From: a virus
Lineage: Duplodnaviria; Caudoviricetes
Reading direction: 5' to 3' (one strand)
Virus record (IMG/VR): IMGVR_UViG_3300030095_000202
Coordinates: 1-59,303 of that record
DNA: 59,303 nucleotides
A model generated the notes under the pieces. The model was not told the DNA's origin and made no database searches. It was given only the letters and a program-made list of their open reading frames with translations. Made by a program: the position numbers and the translations under genes. Positions 1 to 8,981 of the stretch are shown piece by piece; position 1 is the first letter of the stretch; each line of letters opens with the position of its first letter.

Positions 1-14
1 TGTTAGGATAGATT

Positions 15-257
15 ATGCCAAAACGTGATACACAGGCCGCACAAGATCGTCGCAAAAACAAAGAGACTGAGAAGCGTCTGTTTGAAGAGTCTCAACGTCT
101 TGAACGTGAGCGTATTAAACGAGAAGAAGAGTTAATTAGGCGGCAACAGCAACAGGGTGTCTTTAAAGGCGCTAAAGGCGGCATACTTAAAATGCGTCAC
201 GGCGGCAAAATAGATGGACTCGCTATGCGGGGCAAAACTAAGGGGCGATATGTCTAA
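15..257 (+). CDS. Small basic protein with coiled-coil N-terminus and GG-motif C-terminus
   Basis: AGGA RBS and operon context. The C-terminus is AKGGILKMRHGGKI...RGKTKGRYV. Confidence 0.8.
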   Translation: MPKRDTQAAQDRRKNKETEKRLFEESQRLERERIKREEELIRRQQQQGVFKGAKGGILKMRHGGKIDGLAMRGKTKGRYV

Positions 258-444
258 AGCAAAGCCTACAAATGCAGCATTGTGGTCTAAGGCCAAGTCC
301 GCAGCCCGAAGTAAGTTCAAGGTCTACCCTTCCGCTTATGCAAATGCTTGGGCTTCCAAATGGTATAAATCCAAGGGCGGCGGTTGGTCAGGCGGCAACA
401 ACAAGGTAGCTAAACGTGGCAAAAGCAAAAGTAAAAAAGCCTAG
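250..444 (+). CDS. Small basic protein, N-terminal half of a DUF5872-like protein
   Basis: ATG 250 follows AAGGGG. The motif KFKVYPSAYANAWASKWYKSKGG is recalled from viral basic proteins. Confidence 0.75.
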   Translation: MSKAKPTNAALWSKAKSAARSKFKVYPSAYANAWASKWYKSKGGGWSGGNNKVAKRGKSKSKKA

Positions 445-670
445 TGCCAAGGGTGGCCTTGGAAAATGGTTTGGCGAAGATTGGAGAGACGTTAAGACAG
501 GTAAAGCCTGTGGACGTAAATCCGCTAAAGGCAAGTCTAAGCGCCCCTACCCTGCCTGTCGCCCTAAGAAAGTGGCATCTAAGATAACTAAGTCCGAGGC
601 CACAAAGAAAACTGGGCCTAAGCGTGTAAAATGGTCTACTACTGCTAGTGGTAAGAAGAGGACTAAATAA
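416..670 (+). CDS. Small basic protein, C-terminal half of a DUF5872-like protein
   Basis: Motif GLGKWFGEDWRDV..CGR..YPACRP. Its stop codon overlaps the next ATG. Confidence 0.75.
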   Translation: MAKAKVKKPSAKGGLGKWFGEDWRDVKTGKACGRKSAKGKSKRPYPACRPKKVASKITKSEATKKTGPKRVKWSTTASGKKRTK

Positions 671-1356
671 TGGCTACAGTCGTACCTGACCTACCTGAGT
701 TGTTTGAAGAAGCCTTTGAACGAGCTGGCTTGCAGATGCAGTCTGGGTATGACTTACGTACTATTCGTCGTAGTCTTAACATCTTAACCTTAGAGTGGCA
801 GAATAGGGGTCTCAACCTATTTACTATTGACTCTGGTACTGTTGATCTGACTGCAGGGCAGATAGACTATAGTATGCCCGTAGATACTATAGATATTATT
901 GAGCATCAGCTACGTACTGGTACAGGTACAAATCAAATAGACACAGCTTTACAGCGCGTTAGCGTGTCTACATACGCACAGCAGACTAACAAAAACACTG
1001 TAGGACGGCCTACGCAGATATTTGTGCAACGGCTACCTACCGAAGTAAAGTTTACACTGTGGCCTACACCGGACACTACACAGGCTTACAAACTATTGTA
1101 CTTCCGTCTCAAGGGTATTGATGGGCTTGCGTCAGGTGTTGGAGGAGAAACAAACAATATACCCCCAAGGTTTGTACCTGCACTCGTATCAGGGTTGGCG
1201 TTTCACGTAGCTATGAAGAAACCTGAAGCCGCAGCTAGAGCGGTGCCTCTTAGAGAAGAGTATGAGTATCAATTTAAGTTAGCGGCATATGAGGACCAAG
1301 AACGTGCGTCTTCTATATTTGTACCGTTTCAAACCTTTCACGGTGGTATGAGATGA
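670..1356 (+). CDS. Putative head-tail adaptor / tail tubular protein
   Basis: 228 aa with GRPTQIFV..LWPTPD motifs typical of podovirus adaptors. Located after the capsid genes. Confidence 0.65.
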   Translation: MATVVPDLPELFEEAFERAGLQMQSGYDLRTIRRSLNILTLEWQNRGLNLFTIDSGTVDLTAGQIDYSMPVDTIDIIEHQLRTGTGTNQIDTALQRVSVSTYAQQTNKNTVGRPTQIFVQRLPTEVKFTLWPTPDTTQAYKLLYFRLKGIDGLASGVGGETNNIPPRFVPALVSGLAFHVAMKKPEAAARAVPLREEYEYQFKLAAYEDQERASSIFVPFQTFHGGMR

Positions 1357-2141
1357 GCTACGCGTCTGGTAAACATGCATACGGTATATGTGACCGGACA
1401 GGGTTTAGATACCCACTAGAAGACCTTGTATATGAGTTTCAAGACGGGCACCGTACAGGGTTTCGCGTTGGCAAAGATGTAGTTGATCCAGACCAACCAC
1501 AAAACTTCTTAGGACGTATCCGAGTAGTTGATCCACAATCACTGCTTGATCCAAGACCTGATGCTTCTCCCGGACGTGGTTTATTTGGTTGGAACCCCGT
1601 AGGACACACCCTTGTTCACTTAACAGGACAAGTAGGTAGTGTTACTTTAGACATTCCTGTACCAGAAAGCGATACTGTCACGGGCGTAGCAGCGTCTGGT
1701 TCTGTAGGTACTGTTAGTGTACTTGCAGGAGACGATATTGACGTTTCAGTTACAGGTATAGCAGGTACAGGCGCTTCAGGTGCTGCTACTGTAACTACAA
1801 ACATATTTGCGGTAACGGTAGCCAGCGGCACTAACCCATACGGCACAGGCAATAAGTTCTACATAGATGGCGTTGTTAGTCCGACAATTAGTATTGCAGA
1901 AGGTTCTACCTTCCGGTTCGATCAGTCTGCTTCTTCTAATAGTAGCCACCCACTTAGATTTAGCACCACAGCTAATGGTACGCATGGTGGTGGCTCTGAA
2001 TACACTACAGGCGTAACTACGTCAGGAACGGCTGGACAAGCTGGTGCATATGTTCAGATAACTGTAGCTAACAGCGCACCAACCTTATACTATTATTGCG
2101 TAAACCACAGCGGTATGGGCGGTACGGCTAACACACCATAG
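1353..2141 (+). CDS. Virion protein: conserved N-terminus, VTG repeats, C-terminal cupredoxin-like domain
   Basis: CDRTGFRY...DPRPD N-terminus, VTGVAxxGxVG repeats, then HPLRF...YYYCVNHSGMGG. Confidence 0.7.
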   Translation: MSYASGKHAYGICDRTGFRYPLEDLVYEFQDGHRTGFRVGKDVVDPDQPQNFLGRIRVVDPQSLLDPRPDASPGRGLFGWNPVGHTLVHLTGQVGSVTLDIPVPESDTVTGVAASGSVGTVSVLAGDDIDVSVTGIAGTGASGAATVTTNIFAVTVASGTNPYGTGNKFYIDGVVSPTISIAEGSTFRFDQSASSNSSHPLRFSTTANGTHGGGSEYTTGVTTSGTAGQAGAYVQITVANSAPTLYYYCVNHSGMGGTANTP

Positions 2142-2152
2142 GAGATTTGGAC

Positions 2153-2665
2153 ATGGCACCTAAAACATCTAAAAGGCCCGTAACACGGGAAGACGCAAAG
2201 AGATTAGCAGCAAAACGTAAGCGCGTTAGCGAATCTCCCGGTATGACCAAGCGGCTGAATCAATCTGGTGCTACTGGAAACAAGGGTTCTCGTTTTGGAG
2301 CAGAAGAAACTGCTAACATGATGGCTACCGATCCTGCCCGAGGGGGTACAAACCCAAAAGACGAAAGAGATAGAAAAAAGGCGCAAGCATTTTTTGATTC
2401 AGTCTTAAAAAAAGCCTATGGCGGAACTATGAAGAAAAAAGGTATGGCTAAAGGCGGTGCTGTAACCAAGAAGAAGGCTGGTGGTGCTGTAGCTAAGAAG
2501 AAGGCTGGTGGTGCTGTAACCAAGAAGATGGGCGGCGGCAAGATGATGAAGAAGGGCTACGCCAAAGGCGGTAAGCTAACAAAAAAGATGGGTAAAGGCG
2601 GAACTCTAGTACGCGGTACTGGCGCGCAACGAAGCGGCAGAATGGCAAGAGGACCAATGGGATAA
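2153..2665 (+). CDS. Lys/Gly-rich basic protein with tandem xxGG repeats
   Basis: AGGAG RBS 8 nt before ATG 2153. Contains MAKGGAVTKKKAGGAVAKKKAGG and further copies. Confidence 0.8.
   Translation: MAPKTSKRPVTREDAKRLAAKRKRVSESPGMTKRLNQSGATGNKGSRFGAEETANMMATDPARGGTNPKDERDRKKAQAFFDSVLKKAYGGTMKKKGMAKGGAVTKKKAGGAVAKKKAGGAVTKKMGGGKMMKKGYAKGGKLTKKMGKGGTLVRGTGAQRSGRMARGPMG
2456..2529 (+). repeat. 27-bp coding tandem repeat (GAVTKKKAG), about 3 copies
   Basis: ggtgctgtaaccaagaagaaggctggt is repeated with small variation. Confidence 0.8.
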
Positions 2666-2666
2666 T

Positions 2667-3341
2667 ATGCCCTACCTACAAAGCAATATACCGCACTTTA
2701 AGTGTTGGGTTCGTCGTGAGTATACGGTCAATCATGAGCGTTACCACGGCGAATTTCTACATGCTATGGTTATTGCTGTAACTACGATGCCCAACAGATG
2801 CCTGAGTTTTCAGGTTATCTTTACGGGGTGTGAAGCAGACGATACAGACGATGAGAACGTGCATGGCGGGGCTATGTGGGCTAGGATGCCCATAACTGCC
2901 TTGGTAGCTGATGAACCGTTTGAAGAGTGGCCCGAGGGTATGGCAGTTCACGAAGCCCAGCCTTGGGACTGCCCTTCTCATACACATGCGGTATACACGC
3001 TTGACAGGGCGTCACCTTGTCCGTGGATGGCTAAGATCGCAGGAGGGTTTTTTCCTGCTAAGTACTTGTTTACTGTGGATTATACCGACACAGATGTAGC
3101 AGATGATCCAGCGCAGCACAAACAAGCGCATGTGTTGCAGCTACTAGATGCAGGTAAGTGGACAGGTAATATAGTGGCGTTACCCAACAACAGAGTACGG
3201 GTAACACATCCTGCGTGGTTTGAGACAGGTGAAGGCGCACCAGACTTTAAGCCATCACAACATATACATTATTCTAAATCTGATTTAGACTACACATTAG
3301 ATGTAACACAAATATTCGATAACTTGTACAACGAGGATTAA
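2667..3341 (+). CDS. Conserved hypothetical phage protein (Trp/His/Cys-rich)
   Basis: 224-aa ORF in the operon with globular, enzyme-like composition (QPWDC, HKQAH, PNNR). Confidence 0.8.
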   Translation: MPYLQSNIPHFKCWVRREYTVNHERYHGEFLHAMVIAVTTMPNRCLSFQVIFTGCEADDTDDENVHGGAMWARMPITALVADEPFEEWPEGMAVHEAQPWDCPSHTHAVYTLDRASPCPWMAKIAGGFFPAKYLFTVDYTDTDVADDPAQHKQAHVLQLLDAGKWTGNIVALPNNRVRVTHPAWFETGEGAPDFKPSQHIHYSKSDLDYTLDVTQIFDNLYNED

Positions 3342-3345
3342 ACTT

Positions 3346-3585
3346 ATGGGCAAGATGAAAGAATTGGATATAGAACTTCAGGACTTGCGGACAGAGTTTT
3401 TTGACAGCCCCGCGTCAGATCAAATGAGTTTTGATCAGTTTCTTATTAGAAAAGGCAAGAAAAACCTGTCTAAGCTGGCCGCAAGCAAAAGAAGCAAGGG
3501 CGGTAAAATAGATAAGATGGGTAGTGGTGGTGGTGTGTGCAGAGGAATGGGCAAGGCTCGTGGGGGCAAATATAGGATTGTCTGA
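3346..3585 (+). CDS. Small protein with basic GG-motif C-terminus
   Basis: GAGG RBS. C-terminus RSKGGKIDKMGSGGGVCRGMGKARGG. Confidence 0.75.
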   Translation: MGKMKELDIELQDLRTEFFDSPASDQMSFDQFLIRKGKKNLSKLAASKRSKGGKIDKMGSGGGVCRGMGKARGGKYRIV

Positions 3586-4232
3586 TGAATTATACTGAGC
3601 TTACGCAAGCTATAAAAGATTATACAGAGAACACAGAGGCAACGTTTGTTTCTTTGATCCCTACGTTTGTTCAGCAAGCGGAGCAACGTATATTTCGTAC
3701 TGTTACTATACCCGAAGTCAGGTCCAACAGTACGGGTACTCTTTTTCAAGGGAGCCAATACCTAGAACGTCCCGCTGATTTCTTAGCGGTATTCTCTCTA
3801 GCAATTATTGACCCTACTACAGCGGTGTACACGTACTTGTTAGAAAAAGACGTTAACTTTATGCGCGAAGCATATCCTGTAGCTGCTACTCAAGGTGTAC
3901 CTAAATATTACGGTCAGTTCGATGGTGACGCTGTAACAGCGGCTACAGATGGACACTTTATAATAGGCCCAACACCTAACGCTACATATACCGTAGAGTT
4001 ACATTATTATTTTGAGCCTAAGTCTATCGTTACTACAAGCACGTCTTGGCTTGGTGAGAACGCTGACACTGTACTTCTTTATGGCTCTCTGGTAGAGGCG
4101 TACACGTTTATGAAGGGCGACCCTGATGTTATGCAGTCATATAGAGAACGATATGAATCTGCGCTACAACAGTTGTCTGTTATTGACGCCGCTAGCAAGG
4201 GCGATAGCTATAGGGATGGGAACTTTAGATGA
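3585..4232 (+). CDS. Putative second adaptor / tail tubular protein
   Basis: GVPKYYG..IGPTPNATYTVELHYY resembles the motif in 670..1356. Confidence 0.65.
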   Translation: MNYTELTQAIKDYTENTEATFVSLIPTFVQQAEQRIFRTVTIPEVRSNSTGTLFQGSQYLERPADFLAVFSLAIIDPTTAVYTYLLEKDVNFMREAYPVAATQGVPKYYGQFDGDAVTAATDGHFIIGPTPNATYTVELHYYFEPKSIVTTSTSWLGENADTVLLYGSLVEAYTFMKGDPDVMQSYRERYESALQQLSVIDAASKGDSYRDGNFR

Positions 4233-4516
4233 ATATGCCGTTTGAAATGTCTGTTGGTAGTGTTGGGGTTAAGACTACTAATAACCGAGGCTTTACCCCT
4301 GAAGAAGTCGCGGAACTATGCGTTGATAGGTTGATGATCGTGTCGAATGATGCGCCCCCCGTGATTAGAGATCAAGCCTTGGCTCACAAGGAACGTATGA
4401 AAGCTGTAATCGCAGCCTACATGAAACAGGCTATCCAAAGTGATAGAACTACTGTATATAATGCAATCAGTGATGCTGGTCATAAAAAACTAGCTGAATA
4501 TATAAGGAAAATGTAA
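4229..4516 (+). CDS. Hypothetical protein
   Basis: Coupled ORF with ATGA overlap. Confidence 0.75.
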   Translation: MNMPFEMSVGSVGVKTTNNRGFTPEEVAELCVDRLMIVSNDAPPVIRDQALAHKERMKAVIAAYMKQAIQSDRTTVYNAISDAGHKKLAEYIRKM

Positions 4517-4951
4517 ATGGCATTCTCAGGAAACTTTATGTGTACCTCTTTCAAAGTTGAAGTTTTGAAGGGTGTCCACAATTTTACCGCTGCATCTAAC
4601 GTATTTAAGCTGGCAATGTACACAAACAGCGCAAGTTTTAATGCGGCTACTACTGCGTACACTTCTGGCAATGAGGTTAATGGCACAAACTACACGGCTA
4701 AAGGTAACGCCATAACTACAGTTACCCCTGTCGCATCTAGCACAACGGCTCTTGTAGATATGGACAATGTTGTATTTAGCAATGTGACTATCTCTGCTGT
4801 TAGAGGTGCATTGATCTATAACGAGGCAGCTTCCGGTGATCCAACTGTTTGTGTGCTAGACTTCGGTTCTGATAAGGCTGCTAGTGCAGGTGACTTTACC
4901 GTAGTTATGCCTACCGCAGACGCAAGCAATGCAATTATCCGTATCGCCTAA
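4517..4951 (+). CDS. Tail/fibre-associated structural protein
   Basis: Beta-rich, Ala/Thr-rich, with RGALIYN..VLDFG motif. Confidence 0.65.
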   Translation: MAFSGNFMCTSFKVEVLKGVHNFTAASNVFKLAMYTNSASFNAATTAYTSGNEVNGTNYTAKGNAITTVTPVASSTTALVDMDNVVFSNVTISAVRGALIYNEAASGDPTVCVLDFGSDKAASAGDFTVVMPTADASNAIIRIA

Positions 4952-4966
4952 TTGAGGTTATAACCC

Positions 4967-6034
4967 ATGCCACTACCTTTTTCTGGCTGGGGCCGTGGTG
5001 GTTGGGGTTCCGGTAATTGGAATAGCTTACAAGTAGGAGTATCTGTTACAGGCGTAGCGGGTACAGGCGCTGTTGGTAGTGTAAGCACTACCAGCGGTGT
5101 TACTCAACCTGTCACGGGTGTAGCGGGAACAGGGTCAGTAGGCTCTGTAACGGTTATTGGCGCTGCCAACATAGCAGCTACAGGTCTGGCAGGCACTGGG
5201 TCAGTAGGTTCTGTAACGGTTATTGGCGTTGCTAACATAGAAGCTACAGGGGTTAGCGGCACATCTGCACTTAATACTGTTGTAACTGAGTCTGATGGCA
5301 ACCTTACGGTGCTTGGCCTTAACTCTATTGGGTCAGTAGGCGCAACCACTATAATATCAAACTCCGTAATCCCTGTTACTGGTCTTTCCTCTACAGGTTC
5401 TGTGGGTGCAGTAGCAACTAGAATAGGTATCAACGCTAACATCACAAGTGGTGTGGCAGGAACTGGATCAGTAGGCTCTGTGACTGTAACGGGCCTAGCA
5501 AATCAAGCTGTTACGGGAGTTTCTGGAACTGGATCAATAGGCTCTGTAAGCGTAAACCAAGAGTTTTCTGTAACAGGGGTAGCGGGTACGGGCGCATCAG
5601 GAACCGTTAGCGTAAACCAAGGATTTGGTGTAACGGGAGTTTCTGGAACTGGATCAATAGGCTCTGTAAGCGTAAACCAAGCGTTTTCTGTAACAGGGGT
5701 AGCTGGAACAGGGGCGGTAGGCGCTACAACTATTGATTTCTCCTACTCAGCTACAGGTGTGTCTGGCACTAGCGGTGTTGGCGCTGTTACCATTGAAGGT
5801 AAAGCTAACCATACTGTTACTGGGGTAGCGGGAACAGGGTCTTCGGGTGCTTCGACTATTGATTTTGGGTACTATGTCACAGGAGTAGCAGGCACAGGCG
5901 CTGTAGGTACTGTCAGTGTAAATCAAGCCTTTGCCGTTACGGGTGTATCTGCTACAGGGGCAATAGGTGATACGTTTGTGTGGGAGAAAATTAGTCCTAC
6001 AAATAACGCAAATTGGACACCCGTAGTCGCGTAA
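4967..6034 (+). CDS. Repetitive fibre-like virion protein (~20-aa VTGVxGTGxVGxV repeats)
   Basis: About 15 repeats, with a GWGRGGWG N-terminus. Confidence 0.8.
   Translation: MPLPFSGWGRGGWGSGNWNSLQVGVSVTGVAGTGAVGSVSTTSGVTQPVTGVAGTGSVGSVTVIGAANIAATGLAGTGSVGSVTVIGVANIEATGVSGTSALNTVVTESDGNLTVLGLNSIGSVGATTIISNSVIPVTGLSSTGSVGAVATRIGINANITSGVAGTGSVGSVTVTGLANQAVTGVSGTGSIGSVSVNQEFSVTGVAGTGASGTVSVNQGFGVTGVSGTGSIGSVSVNQAFSVTGVAGTGAVGATTIDFSYSATGVSGTSGVGAVTIEGKANHTVTGVAGTGSSGASTIDFGYYVTGVAGTGAVGTVSVNQAFAVTGVSATGAIGDTFVWEKISPTNNANWTPVVA
5513..5703 (+). repeat. Near-identical ~70-bp duplication with 120-bp period inside the fibre gene
   Basis: 5513-5583 and 5633-5703 differ at about one position. Confidence 0.85.
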
Positions 6035-6045
6035 TCTGAAAAACA

Positions 6046-6074
6046 TTGCGTCTTAACGATAGGCGCGGTATAAA
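6046..6074 (+). promoter_or_regulatory. Possible sigma70-type promoter
   Basis: TTGCGT-17 nt-TATAAA in the gap upstream of the tail fibre gene. Confidence 0.45.
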
Positions 6075-6104
6075 CTAAACAACTTATCTGCTTAGGAAAC
6101 TCAC

Positions 6105-8708
6105 ATGGCTAGTACATATGGAAATGATCTTCGGCTAGAAGAGATTGGTGATGGCGAACAATCTGGTACATGGGGCGCTACAACTAATACAAACCTTGAA
6201 CTAATTGCAGAGGCTCTTAGCTTCGGCACCGAAGCCATTACTACCAACGCCGATACGCACACCACTACGATTGCAGATGGAGCTACCGATCCGGGTCGCT
6301 CTCTGTATTTAAAGTATACAGGAACGCTAGACAGCACCTGCACTATTACAATCGCCCCCAACTCCATTAGCAAAACATGGTACATTGAAAACGGCACAAG
6401 CGGCTCTCAAAGCATTATTATCTCGCAAGGCTCTGGGGCCAATGTAACAATTCCAACAGGGCAAACTAAGGTTGTTTACTCAGACGGTGCAGGCTCTGGC
6501 GCAGCTATGGCAGAGATTGGCACTTTGGGCGTTACTAATCTAGCTGTAACTACCAACGCAACTGTTGGTGGAACTCTTGGCGTTACTGGGGTTCTAACAG
6601 GTACGTCATTAGATATTAGCGGCAATGTAGACATTGATGGAACTCTTGAAACGGACGCGCTTTCTATTAACAGTACAGCCGTTACGTCCACTGCGGCTGA
6701 ATTAAATATTCTTGACGGCGTTACAGCTACAACCGCAGAACTCAACATTATGGACGGCGTTACTGCCACCACTGCTGAGTTAAACATTATGGACGGCGTT
6801 ACGTCTACCACTGCCGAGTTAAACATTCTGGATGGAGTCACAAGCACTGCGACTGAAATAAACCAATTAGACGCTATTACTCGCGGCAGTATTCTGTACG
6901 GCAATTCTTCTGGTGCAACGGCTAGGTTAGCTAAAGGAAGTGCCAATCAATTGTTGCAGTCTGATGGTACTGATATATCTTGGGCTACTGTTTCTGGATC
7001 AGACAGTCGGCAATCATACGTTACGAATGCTACCGTTGACGCTAGAGCGGCAGTATTCCTAAACAGTGATGGAACGGTAGATCAAACGGGTAGTTATTCA
7101 CTTGCAGACAATGACGTTGTAGTCAGCACCTTTAGCGCCAAACTTAGCGGTAATTATGGCGCTCAATATGATGGTCATGCTGGCTCGTCAGCGTATAAAG
7201 ATTCAGGTACTGTTGCAGACCGCAGACACGTAACAATTTACAAATACCGTATTGGAACAAATGCTGCGAATGCAAGGTATGTGGTTTCTGCTGTTGCAGC
7301 AGATGGAACAATGACCCACGGCACACCCGCAGCGTTTAACTCTTCAGGACCAATGAATAATTGTAACGTAAAATACAACGCCAACATAGATAGGTTTATT
7401 GCTGTTTATGATTATGGTGGTTGGCAAAGTTCTGGTAATTATGGTGGTATCGCAGTTGCAATAGGTACGTTAGACGCCAGCAACAACACCGTAGCGTGGA
7501 CGCATACAACTAATCTCGGAAATGCTGGAACCGATCTTCAGCGCGGCTTTACTTATGAGGATGGTAATAACTCTATAGAAACCCCCGCTTTTTCTGTTGC
7601 GGACGATGGCTCTCATCTTATGATCCTGCATGGAGGTTACTATAATAATCAAAGCAACAATTCCACTGGGGAGCTTTCTGTAAAAGCAGTTACTCTTAAC
7701 GCAGGAAACAACACCGCCTCTGGGGGAAGTTGGTTGGACATACAAGTTTCATCCGGTACAAAATATGATTGGGGGTCCACATATCCCAAAAGCATTTTTT
7801 GGCATCAAAATTCAAGTCAACATATTGTTAATACCCGCAAGGCTGACGGCTCTGATGGAGAGCAAGACATTTATCTATTTACTGTGAGTGGCACTACACC
7901 CACTCAAGTAGGGTACGCTCTTGGGCCTATAGGTACTGGTGGGCACCCTTATGGGGGGATACAAAGTTTTCCTCAAATTGCATGGTATAATGTGACCAGC
8001 ACAAAACTTTGGGGTGTTGGGATACAAACAGGCGGGGGAGTATATGTTGGTTTTTATGAAATGACTGTTGGAAGTGGAAGTATTTCAAACCTTAAAGTTA
8101 ATCATGTTAAACTTGTGGAAACAAAACAAAATGGCGCGGATATAGGCAACTCTTTGATTTCTACCTACAATGCAATGACAACGGCTGCGGTTAATTTTGA
8201 TAGTAACGGAACAGCTTATATACTTTATAAACCGGGAAATACTATGAATAGCGATAGTGCTCGGAGCGACGTAGCAGTTATAAAAATGATTTACGACGAA
8301 ACTAATGTTGGAGCGTTAGTTTCCTGCACTCAAAATGAAGTGGCTTCTGACACAAGTATTATCTATCCTCAAGGGGGAGATTTTGTAACATATGACACTG
8401 GAAGAAACTTTTTGTTTACACTAGGCACGAATAGATTCACCAACTCTGCAGATGCGCAGGACTATCAGATAGTTGCTCAAACTATCAATGTAGCAAACAA
8501 TGGCAGCGGTTTAAATCCTATTGGCATACATGATAGTTCTTCAAGCGTATCAAGTGGAGCCACTATAACGGTTGCACAGGCTGGCAGTGTAGTTTCTGGA
8601 TTTAGCAGCCTTAATTTGGGTGAATCTCAATTCGGAGGAGGTAAAAGAATAGGATATGCCATAGCTGCAACTAAAGTATTTGTAACCGCTGATGGTAACG
8701 GAGGATAA
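6105..8708 (+). CDS. Tail fibre / receptor-binding protein
   Basis: Conserved-looking N-terminus (GTWGATTNTNL), 14-aa TAELNILDGVT repeats and a beta-rich C-terminus. A chaperone gene follows. Confidence 0.8.
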   Translation: MASTYGNDLRLEEIGDGEQSGTWGATTNTNLELIAEALSFGTEAITTNADTHTTTIADGATDPGRSLYLKYTGTLDSTCTITIAPNSISKTWYIENGTSGSQSIIISQGSGANVTIPTGQTKVVYSDGAGSGAAMAEIGTLGVTNLAVTTNATVGGTLGVTGVLTGTSLDISGNVDIDGTLETDALSINSTAVTSTAAELNILDGVTATTAELNIMDGVTATTAELNIMDGVTSTTAELNILDGVTSTATEINQLDAITRGSILYGNSSGATARLAKGSANQLLQSDGTDISWATVSGSDSRQSYVTNATVDARAAVFLNSDGTVDQTGSYSLADNDVVVSTFSAKLSGNYGAQYDGHAGSSAYKDSGTVADRRHVTIYKYRIGTNAANARYVVSAVAADGTMTHGTPAAFNSSGPMNNCNVKYNANIDRFIAVYDYGGWQSSGNYGGIAVAIGTLDASNNTVAWTHTTNLGNAGTDLQRGFTYEDGNNSIETPAFSVADDGSHLMILHGGYYNNQSNNSTGELSVKAVTLNAGNNTASGGSWLDIQVSSGTKYDWGSTYPKSIFWHQNSSQHIVNTRKADGSDGEQDIYLFTVSGTTPTQVGYALGPIGTGGHPYGGIQSFPQIAWYNVTSTKLWGVGIQTGGGVYVGFYEMTVGSGSISNLKVNHVKLVETKQNGADIGNSLISTYNAMTTAAVNFDSNGTAYILYKPGNTMNSDSARSDVAVIKMIYDETNVGALVSCTQNEVASDTSIIYPQGGDFVTYDTGRNFLFTLGTNRFTNSADAQDYQIVAQTINVANNGSGLNPIGIHDSSSSVSSGATITVAQAGSVVSGFSSLNLGESQFGGGKRIGYAIAATKVFVTADGNGG
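6680..6875 (+). repeat. 42-bp coding repeat (VTxTxAELNIxDG), about 5 copies
   Basis: Visible in both the protein and the DNA. Confidence 0.85.
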
Positions 8709-8711
8709 AAT

Positions 8712-8972
8712 ATGTATGTACCAGAAACACTGGTTCCTTTTTGGAATTGGCATCCAAGGCACCCTGAATACAGCACATTACAAGCAGCTTTTGTTGTTTG
8801 GCGTAACTTAAAGTTGTGTGAAAGTGATTTTATGGCTTTAAGCGATACGCCAACAATGTCTACGGATTGGGCAACATATCGACAGGCTTTGCGTGATTTG
8901 CCATCTAATGCGAATTACCCTGCAAACTTAATCGACCCGACGTTTGTACCGCTAGACCCTAACGGTGAGTAA
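8712..8972 (+). CDS. Tail fibre assembly chaperone-like protein
   Basis: RNLKLCESDF...WATYRQALRDLP motif. Confidence 0.75.
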   Translation: MYVPETLVPFWNWHPRHPEYSTLQAAFVVWRNLKLCESDFMALSDTPTMSTDWATYRQALRDLPSNANYPANLIDPTFVPLDPNGE

Positions 8973-8981
8973 GGGGCATAT

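Noticed and set aside
6105-8708. Diversity-generating retroelement target
   Set aside because: No reverse transcriptase, and no template/variable repeat pair with adenine-specific mismatches was seen.
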